Below the pieces are notes generated by a model. The model was not told the origin of the DNA, did not search any database, and saw only the letters and a program-made list of their open reading frames with translations. The position numbers and the translations under genes were made by a program. A DNA stretch of 62,697 nucleotides, counting the filler, from Choristocarpus tenellus KU-1152 (taxonomy: Eukaryota > Protista > Phaeophyceae): assembly GCA_964200185.2 (NCBI GenBank). It is 8 parts of 8 records of this genome, joined end to end, with 100 filler letters (N's around TTAATTAATTAA, not from the genome) between each part and the next. Parts side by side here need not be neighbours in the genome. Positions count along the whole stretch, not along the records: positions 1 to 2,897 come from CAXNAD020023823.1; positions 2,998 to 5,502 come from CAXNAD020027250.1; positions 5,603 to 9,217 come from CAXNAD020018945.1; positions 9,318 to 18,000 come from CAXNAD020004449.1; 4 more parts are not named here. One strand, written 5' to 3'. Positions 1 through 13,025 of the stretch are shown here, in pieces; positions within the stretch are counted from its first letter, which is position 1, and the number at the start of each line of letters is the position of its first letter.

Positions 1-175
1 TATGGTCCCCGATTGTGATAAGATATCGTTAATTCAAGTGAGAGATCCAGCATACCTGACGACTTGTGTATCAGGAGTCCTATACGTACATCAGTATCAT
101 CTATAGGCCCGCAGATTGGAGCTATACATCCTGTGGAGGTAAGCTTTGAGGGGCGCCTGTAACACTTCTGCATCA
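1..175. repeat. Dispersed repeat, second copy at ~10017-10230 (probable decayed retroelement internal sequence)
   Basis: caagtgagagatccag...tcaggagtcctatacgtacatcagtatcatctataggcccg.agattggagctatacatcctgt..ggaggtaag is shared nearly verbatim with 10085-10200. Confidence 0.85.
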
Positions 176-2897
176 ACATTCTTTTAGCAAGGTTTCTGTC
201 CATTACTCTGTGTGGTCCGATCAACGCATAGAGGGGAGGAAATAGGGATTGGGGCATGTCAGTAAGAGTATTAGAGGATAGTGGCAGAACGCACTAAATC
301 AAGACTAATTCCAGGTTGCCACCGGGCCAATAAAAGCATGCATATGAGGACATACAGACACAACTCTTTAGGAAGATATTAAGGATTATTATACCAAATG
401 TAGAAATCCGTTGATGTAGAGAACGTCCGACCTCTCCAGTACAACATATCTGTCGAGGCATGTGTCTGATTGGCGAAGTAGAGGGTGACTCACGATCAGG
501 AATTGGCCTAGGTTATACCTCAAATTCGTGTCTCTCGTCAGCATGGGGGCAGAGTGGGACTTGTCCAGAAACAGGCACGTGCAGGAGCGTCTTGGTCTGT
601 ACTGTATCGTTCCACAAGAAGCTGGATATTTCGCAATTCGCCATTCTCCCATTTAACCTCGTAGGGGTAGCTGACTTCGCTCATCTCCAACTTTCACCGT
701 GTAGTGGGGCTGGTACTTGGTCGCAGTCCTACGCATGCACTGATCGTCCCATCTGAAGTATAGTCCTCAGTCCTTGGCACCTGCATTGAGTGTTTCTCCT
801 TCATCTAAATCCGGCACAGCCCTCAGTGTGTCGGTTCAAGGAGTATATATGGTTGAACTATCCCACACTGGACCCGCGGATTTTATGGTGCTTTAATGAA
901 GGACAAAGAACAGCTTGATGTAGATTAACAATGTTAGAAATACAAGGACCTTTATGGTCTCGATTCCGCTGACTGAGCTCGTGGGTGAGACTCTATCCTT
1001 AACTACCATCATTACTCTATGGTGTGGGGTTTGTAATCGTCCACACTAAATTACTATGAATTACGTATTTACTTATCTTATCTATAGGATGTGTATCTTG
1101 AAAAATGATATAAAACCAATCAACACTATGAGTCAGTACATATAATATATCTGTCACTGGCTCTCTACCCCATCACATAATCCACCAGTGGTGTCTCTAT
1201 AGTGTATCAGCAGCACTATCTACGAACATATATTTCTCCGTATCCTTCTCCATGTCAATACGCTTCAGCTGGTGGACAACCATTGACCGGTGGCGTTGTC
1301 TGACAAGCTGGGCTGCAGCCTCCTCACTGTCCCTCTTGTTCTTCTCCCGAAGTTGGTCGACACCCCCCTCTACCTCGTCCTCTGTCATGTACGACCTCAG
1401 GTGAGGATGCAAGGATTTTTGCCATCATCCGGAAGGTAGGACACTGAGTAAATGTACGCCCCTAAACCGTCCACGTGAACATCGCTGACCTTCCCCAGTA
1501 CGATAGACCCCCCACTCGCGCATAGGATGAAGCTGGTTCCCCTCAGCGAGCTGTGTCTTCTTCCTCGGCAGCTGGCTTCTCATATACATATCACCCGTTC
1601 CTGTTTCCGTGGAAAATCCGAGGTCTATCTCCTTAAGCGGGGGCATGTGAGTTAGTTTCCATCTGCATTGGACCAGGTTGCCGATGGAACAGTTCGTGCT
1701 GTAGCACGACAGTTCAGTGCATATCAATGTACGGGACTCTCCGGTGGTGAGCCGACCAGTGAAGAAGTTGTGAATGGACTTGATGCCACCGAGGTTTCGG
1801 ACACGTGGGTCGTGTCATCTCGCGATCTTGTTAGCCAGGAGGTGGACTATCTCCTGTGCTCGAAACGTGTCGATGTATAGAAGTTTCGTATACGTGTTAC
1901 TGTGCTGTCTGCCGGCCATGTCCGTCCAATCCTAAGGGTTGTGGTGACTATGCGTATAAGGGGAGGGGTGGTACGTGTTGGAGTCAGTGTTGGTACTGTG
2001 GCGGCGTCCTGTGACAGATTCGATTTGATGACATTTTCTTTGGATTGATCTGTGCTACCTATTCCTGGAACAAGTGTTTGGTAAATGACAGTTGTCAATA
2101 TGTGATGAAAACGAAAACTTGGAGTTTTGGATTAGTTTGGCGCTAGGCAGACTTCTTGAAAATAGAGGGGGAGATGATTGTGTAAGTGTGCACGGGACGG
2201 TGAGCAGTCGATTAAGAAGTACGTATGTGCGATTACCATGTCGTGTGTGGTGTTGATGTGAAGAGAAGGCACGGATGTGACATAATGGATCAACGGTATC
2301 TATTGTGTGTTTAGCGTATGGGTTAGCAAGGGGCAGGAGGGGACAGTCTGTCGCCAGTGGCAAACAGGGATCGATTATTGTGAGTGGGGGGAATAATGTA
2401 TGTAGTACATGTGCTATTTATTCCTGCAACAAGCGATGGGTGTATGGCCGACGTTGGTACATGAAAGAAAACAATAGCTTGAAGTTTTGGGCGAGTTTAC
2501 CGATCGGTAGACTTATTAAAAAATAGAGAGCGATGATTGCAAGTGTGCACGGACCGTGTGCGGTTGATTGAGAAGTGCGATATGTGATTAGCACGTCGCG
2601 GATGGTGTTGGCGAGAAGGGTGTTCAAGTATCCCCAAAATCATCAAAGAGGATAAAGGTGATAAACCTAGCGAGATTGCTTGGTGTCTGTAGAGTGATTA
2701 AAGTTAGGTGGGGCATGCAATTGCCCCATAAAAGCAGAAATATTTCCTTTTATATGAGAAAAATTCTCATTCAACTAATCACTAGTAAAAGGTTCTGATA
2801 ACTCAACCACTAATTGATTGTTCCGTTACTTCACACATATTCTACCGTAACTGTCCGATAGAGTTGGAAGAGTCTAATCGAATATCCTCCCTAGAGA

Positions 2898-2997
2898 NNN
2901 NNNNNNNNNNNNNNNNNNNNNNNNNNNNNNNNNNNNNNNNNTTAATTAATTAANNNNNNNNNNNNNNNNNNNNNNNNNNNNNNNNNNNNNNNNNNNN
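2898..2997. other. Artificial contig-joining spacer (N44-TTAATTAATTAA-N44); identical spacers at 5503-5602, 9218-9317, 18001-18100, 36487-36586, 40373-40472, 50796-50895
   Basis: Seven identical 100-nt blocks carry a palindromic core with stops in all six frames. The short N10 gaps at 16342-16351 and 44880-44889 look like ordinary intra-scaffold gaps. Confidence 0.97.
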
Positions 2998-3021
2998 GGG
3001 GGGGTTTGGGGGGGGGGAGGG

Positions 3022-3053
<32 letters not shown>

Positions 3054-3969
3054 AGGGGGGGAGGATGGAAGTAGGGTGTTCATATATTGCTGGAGGCTTG
3101 CGTGTGTTTGTTGAGTCATGTGCCAATATGCAGGTAACACCTCGAGCTGTATATTTATTGTCTGCTTTATTCCACCTGTGCGACATTTCTGTTGCAGGTA
3201 TTAGTGCTGACATCCCCAGTGTTGTCGGTTGTAGCTGTTGAATCGCTATGGTGTGATAATGTCATGATTTAATGTGACACAGAGATCTAGGTTTGATTTC
3301 AGATCGAGCGTTTTCTCACGTTTATGTGTTGATTGAAATTGGTCGTTTGCGGTCGACTTGTTGATAATCTTTGTTGATAATCTTTGTGGGTGATTCGATT
3401 CTATTATTTGTACATAGTTTGATTATAGAATAGGATGAGTTCTTCAATATTTTTTATTAGTTGATTTAAAAAAAATATTATTACTCAAGCATCACTTGAG
3501 TTTTGTTTGGCAACACTAGACATTCTGTCTGTATTGCAGTGTCTACTTTTTTTTGTTGTTGCGTGTGGACCAACGGGTGAATTTTTTTTGTAGTATGTTC
3601 TTGCAGTTCCATAGGTGAATACCAAGGGTAGGTCTCTTTTTGGATGTTTTGCTGATCTGAGGGGTTTGCTGGGGGAAGGGGGAGGGTATGACGTAGGGGG
3701 TTATAGTACCTTTACAAAAAGAGACTTGATCAGTATGCACTACTACTGGACTTGGCCAACATGAAAAGCATATTTGAAGCCAATAGAATAGTGTCTTCGT
3801 TGCATTGAGCTGATGAAGTGCTTGCTCTTTTCCAGTCTCCTTGATTCTAATCCTCGCTATTAGCCTGCCTGTAGTGCTATTGTGGCTTCCAGTCCTGAAT
3901 TGTACGGCTGGATGACCCCTCTTCAATGTGGCGTCCAACTGGCTGTTGTTTGTTGTTGTTGCTGTAAAG

Positions 3970-4804
3970 GTGGCCTTTCTGCCGGAGGAAGAGGGTTTCA
4001 TCGAAGGGGTTTTGTCAGTGAATACATCGGCTGGGGTGTTACTGTGTACAGCCCAGGTGCGTGACAATGTGATAGTAGTGAGAGAGAGTACGCTGTACTT
4101 TTTTTTTTTTTTAATATTTCAACATTTTTGATCATACTTAAGATAGGTGTATTTATGTAATAGGAATGATAAGGCCCAGGCAATATTGACTTTTAAAATA
4201 GTAATAGGTTGTTGTGAACTTAGGGTTAGGATTGGTGCACATCTCTACTGTTAATTCACCTCAGCCCTAAAAATGAGGGATTATGTTCGCTTGCGGCTTT
4301 GTGGCAACAACAACAGTACTGTGGCGTATATTGTTGATTGTTCTTTTCAACACCTGGGCAAAGGGGTGCATGGAAAACAACAGAATTCCTTCAAATGGCT
4401 GTTGATCTCTCCAACCCTTCCTGCCTCCCAGGGTTGTGGAGACCTCTTCACACTGTGGATAAAGAGGTGTGGGGTCTGGGCTCAAATTTAGTGACATATT
4501 AATGAGATTGCTGTAGAATTGAGTACAAAATATATATATATTCTTGTTTATAATCCTCTACCCCTTGCCCTACCTTACATGTGAGGTATTTTATTTTTCT
4601 GTGACATTTTGCGGAATCTCCCCCACCTTTAAAAAAAAATCTATTCTCTTGTATCTTGTGTTCTCAAAATGCCAGGCGCGTGGTGTGAAAAACCGGTGGA
4701 AGATGGCGCCCATAGTTCAGGAAGGCATTTTGCTGGGGGATACTTTTTCTGTGGTTGTTGAGATGCACAATCCGTGGGATGCTGTTCCACTCTCAGTCAC
4801 CGAG
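3970..4804 (+). CDS. TMEM131-like protein, internal fragment (exons 3970-4056, 4676-4804)
   Basis: AG/GT-bounded phase-0 exons join to VAFLPEEEGFIEGVLSVNTSAGVLLCTAQ|ARGVKNRWKMAPIVQEGILLGDTFSVVVEMHNPWDAVPLSVTE. This matches the TMEM131 N-terminal pattern as I recall it (VVFL....G.VE.TL.INTS..G......GV.NPYRL.P.......F...I..HNP....L.V.E). Confidence 0.7.
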
Positions 4805-5402
4805 GTAATTGCAATTGGTTTTACATGCACTCGGGATTATCCATGAGCCTGTACGTGCGTTTGAATGTGTGTGTTTTGTATACGTGCGTTTGAATGTGTG
4901 CGACTATATTCGTGTGCGTCTGTGTGCCTAAACATGTGATTTGTGTTTGTGATTGGTATTGATCAAGTACAGTGTACTGTATGCATTTTCCAGATGTACA
5001 TGCTGTGATAGGGAGCTGCGGAGGTCTCTGTGGTGGGGATTGGTAGTGAGGTTGGCAAATTGTGTTCCTTTGAAGTAGTATGTAGAATGTTTCATGTTGA
5101 GTAGTGCAGTTTAGGCCCAGGGCACATCTAGTACTGTTGTACGGTGTACAGAAGGCGTTGCTGTATGCCATAGTTGTGAGAAAGTATTGCAGTATCTGTA
5201 GTGTACACCTGAAGTTGTAATAGTGAACGGGATTTTTTTATTTTTCTCTGTATGGTACTGTACATCCAATTTGTGATGGTTTGGGGATATAGCCTCTTCA
5301 CACTCACCCTGTAGTGTCATTTGTCACTTTGCGTTGGATTGTGTACCCTTCCTGTATATTTGTCAACGATAACCTGTCACCATGTTCTGGTGATACCCTA
5401 CT

Positions 5403-5453
<51 letters not shown>

Positions 5454-7769
5454 CCCCCCCCCCCTCTTCCCCTCCCTCCCCCTTTCTTCTCCCCCCCCCT
5501 TCNNNNNNNNNNNNNNNNNNNNNNNNNNNNNNNNNNNNNNNNNNNNTTAATTAATTAANNNNNNNNNNNNNNNNNNNNNNNNNNNNNNNNNNNNNNNNNN
5601 NNATCTTGCGCTGTGATAGAGGCGATGAGGTGGGGGGGGGGGGGGGGGGGGAGGGGGGGGGGGAGGCAAGTTAGAATGTTTGAATAGTGGTTCATATCAA
5701 TAGAGGTTTGAATAATTGCATATCCAACTTTTCCTTGGGCACAGGAAAAAAAAGACCAAGAGACTAGGACAAACACTGTCAATAAAAATGTAAACGCCGC
5801 CGAATTTTCACTCTCTTTGCATGGCAGTGAAAAAAAAAACTGGGAACAGAACAGAGTGCAAGGTTTCTCTGTAGTACTAAATACCCGGTGTGTTCCGCAG
5901 CAGAACTTGACATGTGTGTGTTCAAGGTTCATTTGTTGTCCTTGTTCCTTCCTTTTCCAGGGGGAAAAAAATCAGATTATGTCAAGATTATTGTGCACTA
6001 CTAACCAGTAAACAGGAAAAATTATGAGCCAGCTCACTCACACTTGCACTCACAAAATGGTCAAGAAATGGCAACTACCACGTCCCCACTGTCCCTATGG
6101 TACCCCTCTCAATTACAAGCTTTCACGAGATACTCACATCGTCGTCATTGGTAAACCCACCCTTTGGTGGGGGGGGGGGCACAGCCAACGCAGCCTTGCA
6201 TTCCCTAAAGGTAGTGGAGGGTAAGAGGGGTTAAAGGAAAGTATTATGCTGCAATTTGACGACTGCCTGTAGCGTCAAATTAAGATGACGTGGTGGGGCA
6301 ATCTCTGAATCCCGTAGTGAGCACAATAGTCGCTGGTGAGGTGAGTATTCTGGGAAGAGTGAGGGATTATATCAAATATCAAATATTCCGAGTAGTTTAA
6401 AATAACAAAAAGGAGTCGCAGCGGTTGGAAGGGATATCTTATTTCCCTGTTTGTACCACTACTTGTGCTATGCTTTCTTCCACTCATGGTAGGCCAAAAC
6501 TCGTGTTGTGGCTGAAGGCACTTATTGCGCAGTACAATGAGATCTCTTGACGTCAGAGCGACCTGTACGTATTAGTACCATGTTCCAAAAAAGTACGGCG
6601 GAATCGCAAGGAAATATCGACTTCATCATTTCGAGGGCAGGTTTGGACATATGTGATAACACCCAAGGGTGCAAGACAGTATCGCCCTGAATGTGCTGAG
6701 TTCAACAGGAATGGATTGTAATAGGTGACAGTTATGAGTAGGGTCATGAGATCCTAAGGGCTCACTGGGGCTATAGAAGGACGCACTACAATACAGTGTG
6801 GATAATCATCTGTGATTAGTTGGAAAAAGCAACATGCTGTGTTTGCACGAGCTAGTCTGCATGTTAGATTCTTCAATTATACAGTCGAACTTGCCGGACT
6901 AAAGATCATTGCACTCACCCTTCGCGGTCACCATCTGTGAGATTACGCATGCTGAGCTTGGACTTCATCTTTTGGAGGAACGACACCATGGTTCCGCTGT
7001 CGAAATATACTAACCAAGGTCCACCTTACTTCCCTTGCTACAAAGTAATGGATCGTTTTGACAGGTCGAGGAATGGGAAGGGTTAAACGAGGGCGTGAGG
7101 TCATGTTCTTTGTTGCTGCATTAGATTGCTGAAAGTGAGCACACCAGTTTCAACAGTGTACTCTAACCCTATATGAACACTTGCCCTATCTCCCACGGTA
7201 TCTACACATACCAATCTCCTGCACCTCCCATGCGAAGAGGGGTCGTGGACGCAACAAACCAGGCAAGATGGCAGGTATCGTCGCGAGAATAAGAATACTT
7301 GGTTGGAAGTCACTCACCTCTCAGGAAGACATTGAGTAGGAAGGAAGAAAGTAAGGGTTGTCCTTGCAAGAATTGAGAAGGGAATTCTTATAACAAATGT
7401 CAACACCCAACAGACCTAACTCTTGTTTCAAATCAGTCAGTTCTTACTCCATCAAGATAAAAAAATGTGTATAACCATACGTTTTATTAATACGTATGAC
7501 ATATATATACCCAACAAGATGGAGAAAAAAACAATTGGAGATGGAGATTTCTCCAACATACACACACCTTGTTCTTCAGATGGGGAGTGGTGTAATATAG
7601 GTGGTAGTCAAATAGTAAATAGATTTTTTTTATAAATAGATGATAGAAAGATACCTTTCATGTTTACAAGAACTGTTGCTTTCATAGGGGTTCTTATGAT
7701 ATTGAGTTGGCGTTTCCCCTTACACATATAGATAAAGTGTGAGAGTATACCTATATATAGATAGTACTC

Positions 7770-8020
7770 CACTCCTATACCTCCAACCTACGTTAGTCCT
7801 ACAAAGGACCTAGAGAAGCATCCCAAGAATCTGACAGCCCCTCCTTGCCCATCGCCCTGGTGTTTCTAGGTCAAAACGCATGACACGTCTTGAGAGAGTC
7901 ACTTGTGTAGTGACAGACACTACCTGTCGTAAACGGAATTTGACAGGTCGTTTCCTACTGTAATCTCCCACCCCTCTATCCGCTACTGATTGTATAGCCA
8001 ACTCATCCAGGAATATTTCT
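7770..8020 (-). mobile_element. Diverged 3' fragment of an RLE-clade (CRE-like) non-LTR retrotransposon
   Basis: The minus strand reads EIFLDELA...KFRLRQVVSVTTQVTLSRRVMRFDLETPGRWARRG, homologous to the copies at 9318 and 12508. Confidence 0.75.
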
Positions 8021-8064
8021 ATATACTATAACTGGTAGTCAAATAGTAAATAGATCTTACTACT

Positions 8065-8429
8065 AACAGCATATTCGTGAGATCAGGAACGGATTATGAG
8101 ATGAGGAATGAGAGATATTTCGAAACCATCCTGCAGGCCACCGATCAATTTCAGTGTGAAAGCTTTCAAACGGTCAGATTCTTGAAGTCGTCAGTTTTTT
8201 GGAGTGAAAGCTTACGAAAACAAGAGGGAGAGCTCATCGATATTTTTGTGAAAAAGCTTTCAAATCGCAAAGATTTGTAAGCTGATACTTGTGGAGTGAG
8301 ATATGCTTTTGTAAATCTGGCCATTTGAAAGCTTTCATACTGAAATTGATCGACGGCCTGCAGGATGGTTTCGAAATATTTCTCATTCCTTATCTCATAA
8401 TCCGTTCCTGATCTCACGAACATACTGTT
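8065..8429. mobile_element. Foldback/MITE-like element with ~120-bp terminal inverted repeats and a 4-bp TSD (TACT)
   Basis: 8065-~8186 (aacagcatattcgtgagatcaggaacggattatgagat...) is the reverse complement of ~8310-8429. It is flanked by tact at 8061-8064 and 8430-8433. Confidence 0.85.
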
Positions 8430-9317
8430 TACTTTGCACCATTTTAAGACCATCAGGTTAGTTTGGGTTTCTTGGTTTGGAGTGATAAGCAAAATACTTA
8501 ACAATACTTGATATAGAAATAGCATGGAACTCTTTGGAGCCAAACAAATTAAGAGGGGTAGGTAGGGTCGTACCTTACGGGACTGAGACTATCTGGCGTA
8601 GGCGGGATTTGACATCTGCTTTTCTCCTCTACTGTGAGAGTCATCTTCCAAAGAAGGTGTAACTCTGTACTTGTCTCTCTCCTTTTCTTTGCCTCCTGTG
8701 GGTTTTCCCGCTCCCCTTCATTACGAAGAACCTGTCGGCCTGTTTCCATACGTTTCAAATTACCCCATGTATGTATCAATTGCATAAACTTCCCATTTAC
8801 AGATTTATAACATGTTCTTACAGCGTCTAACATTTACAAATTCTGAGACGTGAATTGTTTTCATTGGATTTTTTTCTCGCTCATCTCCAAAATGTCTCAG
8901 GGCATAATAACATAAGTAATAACTATGAGGGCATAATAATATACAAGTAGGAAGGAATAACCAAAATATTATAATAAAACTTACAGTACTACATTGTCAT
9001 CCCGTTCTATACATAATGTATTACTTCGGAATCCTTTATTTATATCAAGATGTTGTGATCATTGTGATAAATAATTGCGAAGAGACCAGAGTGTAGGTGA
9101 TATGACTAAATTTAGACCCAAAAAAGATTATATGAAAGTTAATCTTTTTATTGACTGAGAGATCAATGACCTCGGCTACAACAGAATAAATACATCGGTG
9201 CTTTGCAGCACAATCACNNNNNNNNNNNNNNNNNNNNNNNNNNNNNNNNNNNNNNNNNNNNTTAATTAATTAANNNNNNNNNNNNNNNNNNNNNNNNNNN
9301 NNNNNNNNNNNNNNNNN

Positions 9318-9722
9318 CTGGCTACTCAAATGGTAGGGGGGGAGAGGAACTGGGGGATTTAACAGAAAAGGAGTAGTCAAATCCCGGCTACACCAAATTG
9401 TCTCAGTGACTACGCAAGTGGCACTGTCTAGACGTGTCATGCGTTTTAAGCTAGAGTCACCAGGGAGATGGGCACGGAGGGGTTTATTGGATCCTTAGGA
9501 TGCCTCTCTAGCTCCTCCCCCGGGGCACAGGAGTAGGTAGATTGGAAGCACAGGAAGGCAGTAGTACAATATTGATAATGGTGAAATAACAAATAGATTA
9601 GTGTTTTTCACATTTATGACATTTTATTTCTTTAGGACTTATACTGACATATATATGTGATATTTTTCATTGGTTTCCCCCCTGACACATCTGTAAAATG
9701 TCAGAGGGCATAATAATAATAT
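9318..9722 (+). mobile_element. 3' end of an RLE-clade (CRE-like) LINE with 3'UTR hairpin and (TAA)n tail
   Basis: Near-identical to 12599-13025. It ends ccccctgacacatctgtaaaatgtcagagggcataataataat. Confidence 0.8.
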
Positions 9723-10016
9723 AGAGGTCTACCATACAAACCTGGATCACGGTATCATATTGTATCCAACAATATCGGTTGGTCTCCAATATGTACCAAC
9801 CCAAAAACCTTCATGTCTACGTATCACTTTTGGAGATCTTTGAGGTTGGGTGCTGAAAAAATCATTACAACAACAGAGACAGTGCCACCCAAAGATGCAA
9901 TTGATGTACTGTTACAGGCGATATGTCTTGATGGCGGTTTCATAAACACCAGTATGACACTGAAGTTCTATTTTATATATTTGTACTTCTTAATTATTTA
10001 TTTATTATTTGGTCAT

Positions 10017-10720
10017 TATGGTGCCCGATTGTGATAAAACGTCGTAGACCAGTTCCTTTTTTTACGATGATATTGACGATTATCCAAGTGAGAGATCCAG
10101 TATGCTTGACGACTTGTGCGTCAGGAGTCCTATACGTACATCAGTATCATCTATAGGCCCGTAGATTGGAGCTATACATCCTGTCTGTGGAGGTAAGATT
10201 TCGGGGGCACCTGTAGCAGTACCTGTCATTGTCGACAATTCGACATGTTCAGACACAGAATTAGAATTAGTGGGCCACAATCAAGCAAGGTTCCGAGAAG
10301 TCTACGAGGAACGGGAAAGGGCATGGAAATCAACTACGTAGAAACCCCCAAAAAGCCGTTTTCAAGAAAAGGCGTTGAAGAAGGCTGACAAAAAAGCTCA
10401 CAAGAGCCAGGGTGTCTGCCTTTGAGTAGATTCTCAACACACCCAAACAAAGATGGAGTATCTTTTTCACCGTGGGAACGAAAGTTGTTTCTATCAACGC
10501 CTAAAAAGGCTTCAATGTCAAGAGAACCAAAGAGAGCGTTTTTCAGCACATCCGTGACGAGTCTAGATGATCACTCAGGGAGCACGCATCCGTCATGTGT
10601 TACAGGCACCCCTCAGAACTCACCTCCACAGGATGTACAACTCAAATCCAACAACCTTAAAACGACGCTATGATGGGGGCGTTGCCCTTTACAACAGTTT
10701 GTAGGGTGACAGGTGTCCTT
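10017..10720 (-). mobile_element. Decayed retroelement remnant, possibly Copia post-integrase region
   Basis: The minus strand gives LSPYKLLKGQRP and IEAFLGVDRNN, resembling the Copia TPYEL..G..P and FLGY motifs. 10017-10230 is repeated at 1-175. Confidence 0.4.
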
Positions 10721-11294
10721 CTCTTCTTGATATTCCACTCAGTGCTTAGCTCAAAGCTCAACTCAAAGTTTCATTCAAGATAAAAATAAAGATTGGCATA
10801 AGTGGGGTAAAAGTGTTTTCACTAAAAGCCCTCTTATTATTTTCATCATCCACCCAATTTCTTTGGTCTTACATCAACAGCTCTATAGGTACTCCAATCA
10901 TAAACCTTTATTCTTCAACTTCTTAGTGACTTTGACATTTTCTTCTCTAATGTTACATAGGTATTCCGAATCTTACTCTACATCTTCTACGAAGTCATCA
11001 TTTATTTTGTAAGGCTACCTATGTGTTATTAATATCGTATATAGTCGCATTTGTTAGAACGCGAGAAATAATCCTCACACTATACGTCTGTCATAAATGT
11101 TCGTATTTCCTAAAACATGGGGAGAAAATGCTCGCGCTATTCACCTGTAACACATGAAGAAGTGGATGGAGGAGACATACCTTATAGTGTTCCTTAATAC
11201 CAATTGGGTTGATCTCATTCCTCGCTGTGCTAAAGTTCCTGATCAACAATCCACATCTGTGACCCTCACTACGCCTCCAGCGATGATGGGAACG

Positions 11295-11560
11295 GCTTAA
11301 TCACTCTGGGCAATTGGGAATGGAGAGGCTATGGGTCCCGATAATCTTTCAGCTAAGCTCCTAACGCTTGGCCTGCAGTAGGGCGCAGCTATCCTCCAGG
11401 ATTTCCCTAAGATTGTGTTGCCTGTGTAGAACCAGGAAGTCGTGTCACTGGTCTGGGCAGATGTGCTAATTACCCTGCTCTACAAAAAAAAGGACCGCAC
11501 TGATTGTGGCAACTACAGGCGCATCTCTTTGATGCACATGCCGGCTAAGTCCCCCTCAAA
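11295..11560 (+). pseudogene. RTE-like LINE reverse transcriptase remnant
   Basis: AMGPDNLSAKLL...LVWADVLITLLYKKKDRTDCGNYRRISLM is the canonical LINE RT N-terminal KAxGPD / W....I..L.KK.D...C.NYR.ISL block. It is interrupted by stops and frameshifts. Confidence 0.85.
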
Positions 11561-12401
11561 GTTGTTACACAGCGGTGGGGGGGTTACCTGTTACAGGCAA
11601 TTAGCGTCTGTATTGCCTCCCACGCTCTAACCAGAAGAAGCAGAACATATGAAAGAAACAAAAAGGAATAATCGATCCTGGAGGAGAAAAATCTCGTCAC
11701 CTAAAAAAACACCTGGGGAAGAAAAGAAACATAAAGTACAAAGGATGCAGGAGAATAAGTCAAAAAAGAAAACAGCATTTAGCGGACAGTGGTGGTGATG
11801 GTGTCGGTGGTTTGTATTGAAGAAACGATGGTGATCCCAGGGCTGTTCCGGAAGATGATGGCTTATGTTATTAACTCACTGCTTGAAACGAAGTTTAACT
11901 TGTCCATGAGGGCAATCTCTATCCAAACCGCATTTGTCATTAACCTATTTGCAATTGCTGTTTTCTTTTAGCCATTGACTCTCAGTACTCCATCAACTAT
12001 ACCAACTATCTTTGTCCAATATCACTTATTGTATGTACTTCACCAAAAAAAGAACAGTGACACTTGCACCATTACACTATCATGCAAAGTGTCAACAGCA
12101 TAAAACACAAACCATCACTTCGCACACTCACCTGCTCTTGACACACAGTGACATACCACTGCATTTATCGCTATCACTGGTTGTGAATGAGCATTCACAA
12201 ACTAACTGGATGGCATCATGTTAATAGATAAAACGTGTATTCAATTTTCAAGTTCATATTTTTCATTTACGCTTTTGCCTTTCTTCTGTGGTCCTCCTTG
12301 TTGCTTTTTCTCAGTCAGTTTGTAGTGCCTTCGTTGGGCAACTCTTTTAACTACTGATCTGGGATCCATCAGAATACCGCAATGATAATAATAATACTGT
12401 A

Positions 12402-13025
12402 TGACATTTTATTTGTTTAGGGCTTATACTGACATTATGTATAGTTTTCATTGGTTTCCCCCCTGAAAACATCTATAAAATGTCAGAGGGGCATAATATA
12501 CGAGGGCTCATTTGATCCTCATAGTTATAACCTCAACACCTTTGCGGTGGAAACTTTTGGGCCACGTCAGCAAACAAGCGGAATGCTTCCTGCATGAGCT
12601 AGCTACTCCAATGGTAGGGGGGAGAGGAGCTGGAGGATATGGCAGGAAAGGAGTAGTCAAATCCCGGCTACGCCAAATTGTTTCGGTGACTACACAAGTG
12701 GCATTGTCTAGACGTGTCATGCACTTTAAGCTAGAGTCACCAGGGAGATGGGCACGGAGGGGTTTATTGGATTCTTGGGATACCTCCCTAGCTCCTCCCC
12801 CGGGGCGCAGGAGTAGGTAGATAGGAAGCACAGGAAGACAGTAGTACAATATTGATAATGGTGAAGTAACTGATAGATTAGTGGTTGTTTTCACACTTAC
12901 AGTGTTTTATAGTGTTTTCACATTTATGATATTTTATTTCTTTAGGACTAATAATGACATATGTATATTTTTCATTGGTTTTCCCCCTGACACATCTACA
13001 GAATGTCAGAGGGCATTATAATATA
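12402..13025 (+). mobile_element. Two tandem 3' fragments of the RLE-clade LINE (short 3'UTR copy 12402-12500; longer copy 12508-13025 including the endonuclease C-terminus)
   Basis: FAVETF(G)-HVSKQAECFLHELA...RLRQIVSVTTQVALSRRV (one frameshift) is the C-terminal restriction-like endonuclease motif region of CRE/R2-type elements. Both copies end in tgtcagaggg-cat(a/t)ata. Confidence 0.8.

Noticed and set aside
2942-2953. TTAATTAATTAA as a conserved biological motif
   Set aside because: It is always centred in N-runs of identical length, so it is an artificial linker.
5314-5932. Poly-proline/poly-glycine ORFs (also 2946-3213, 37076-37630, 44721-45065)
   Set aside because: These are translations of poly-C/poly-G tracts, mostly at contig ends or gaps, with no coding signature.
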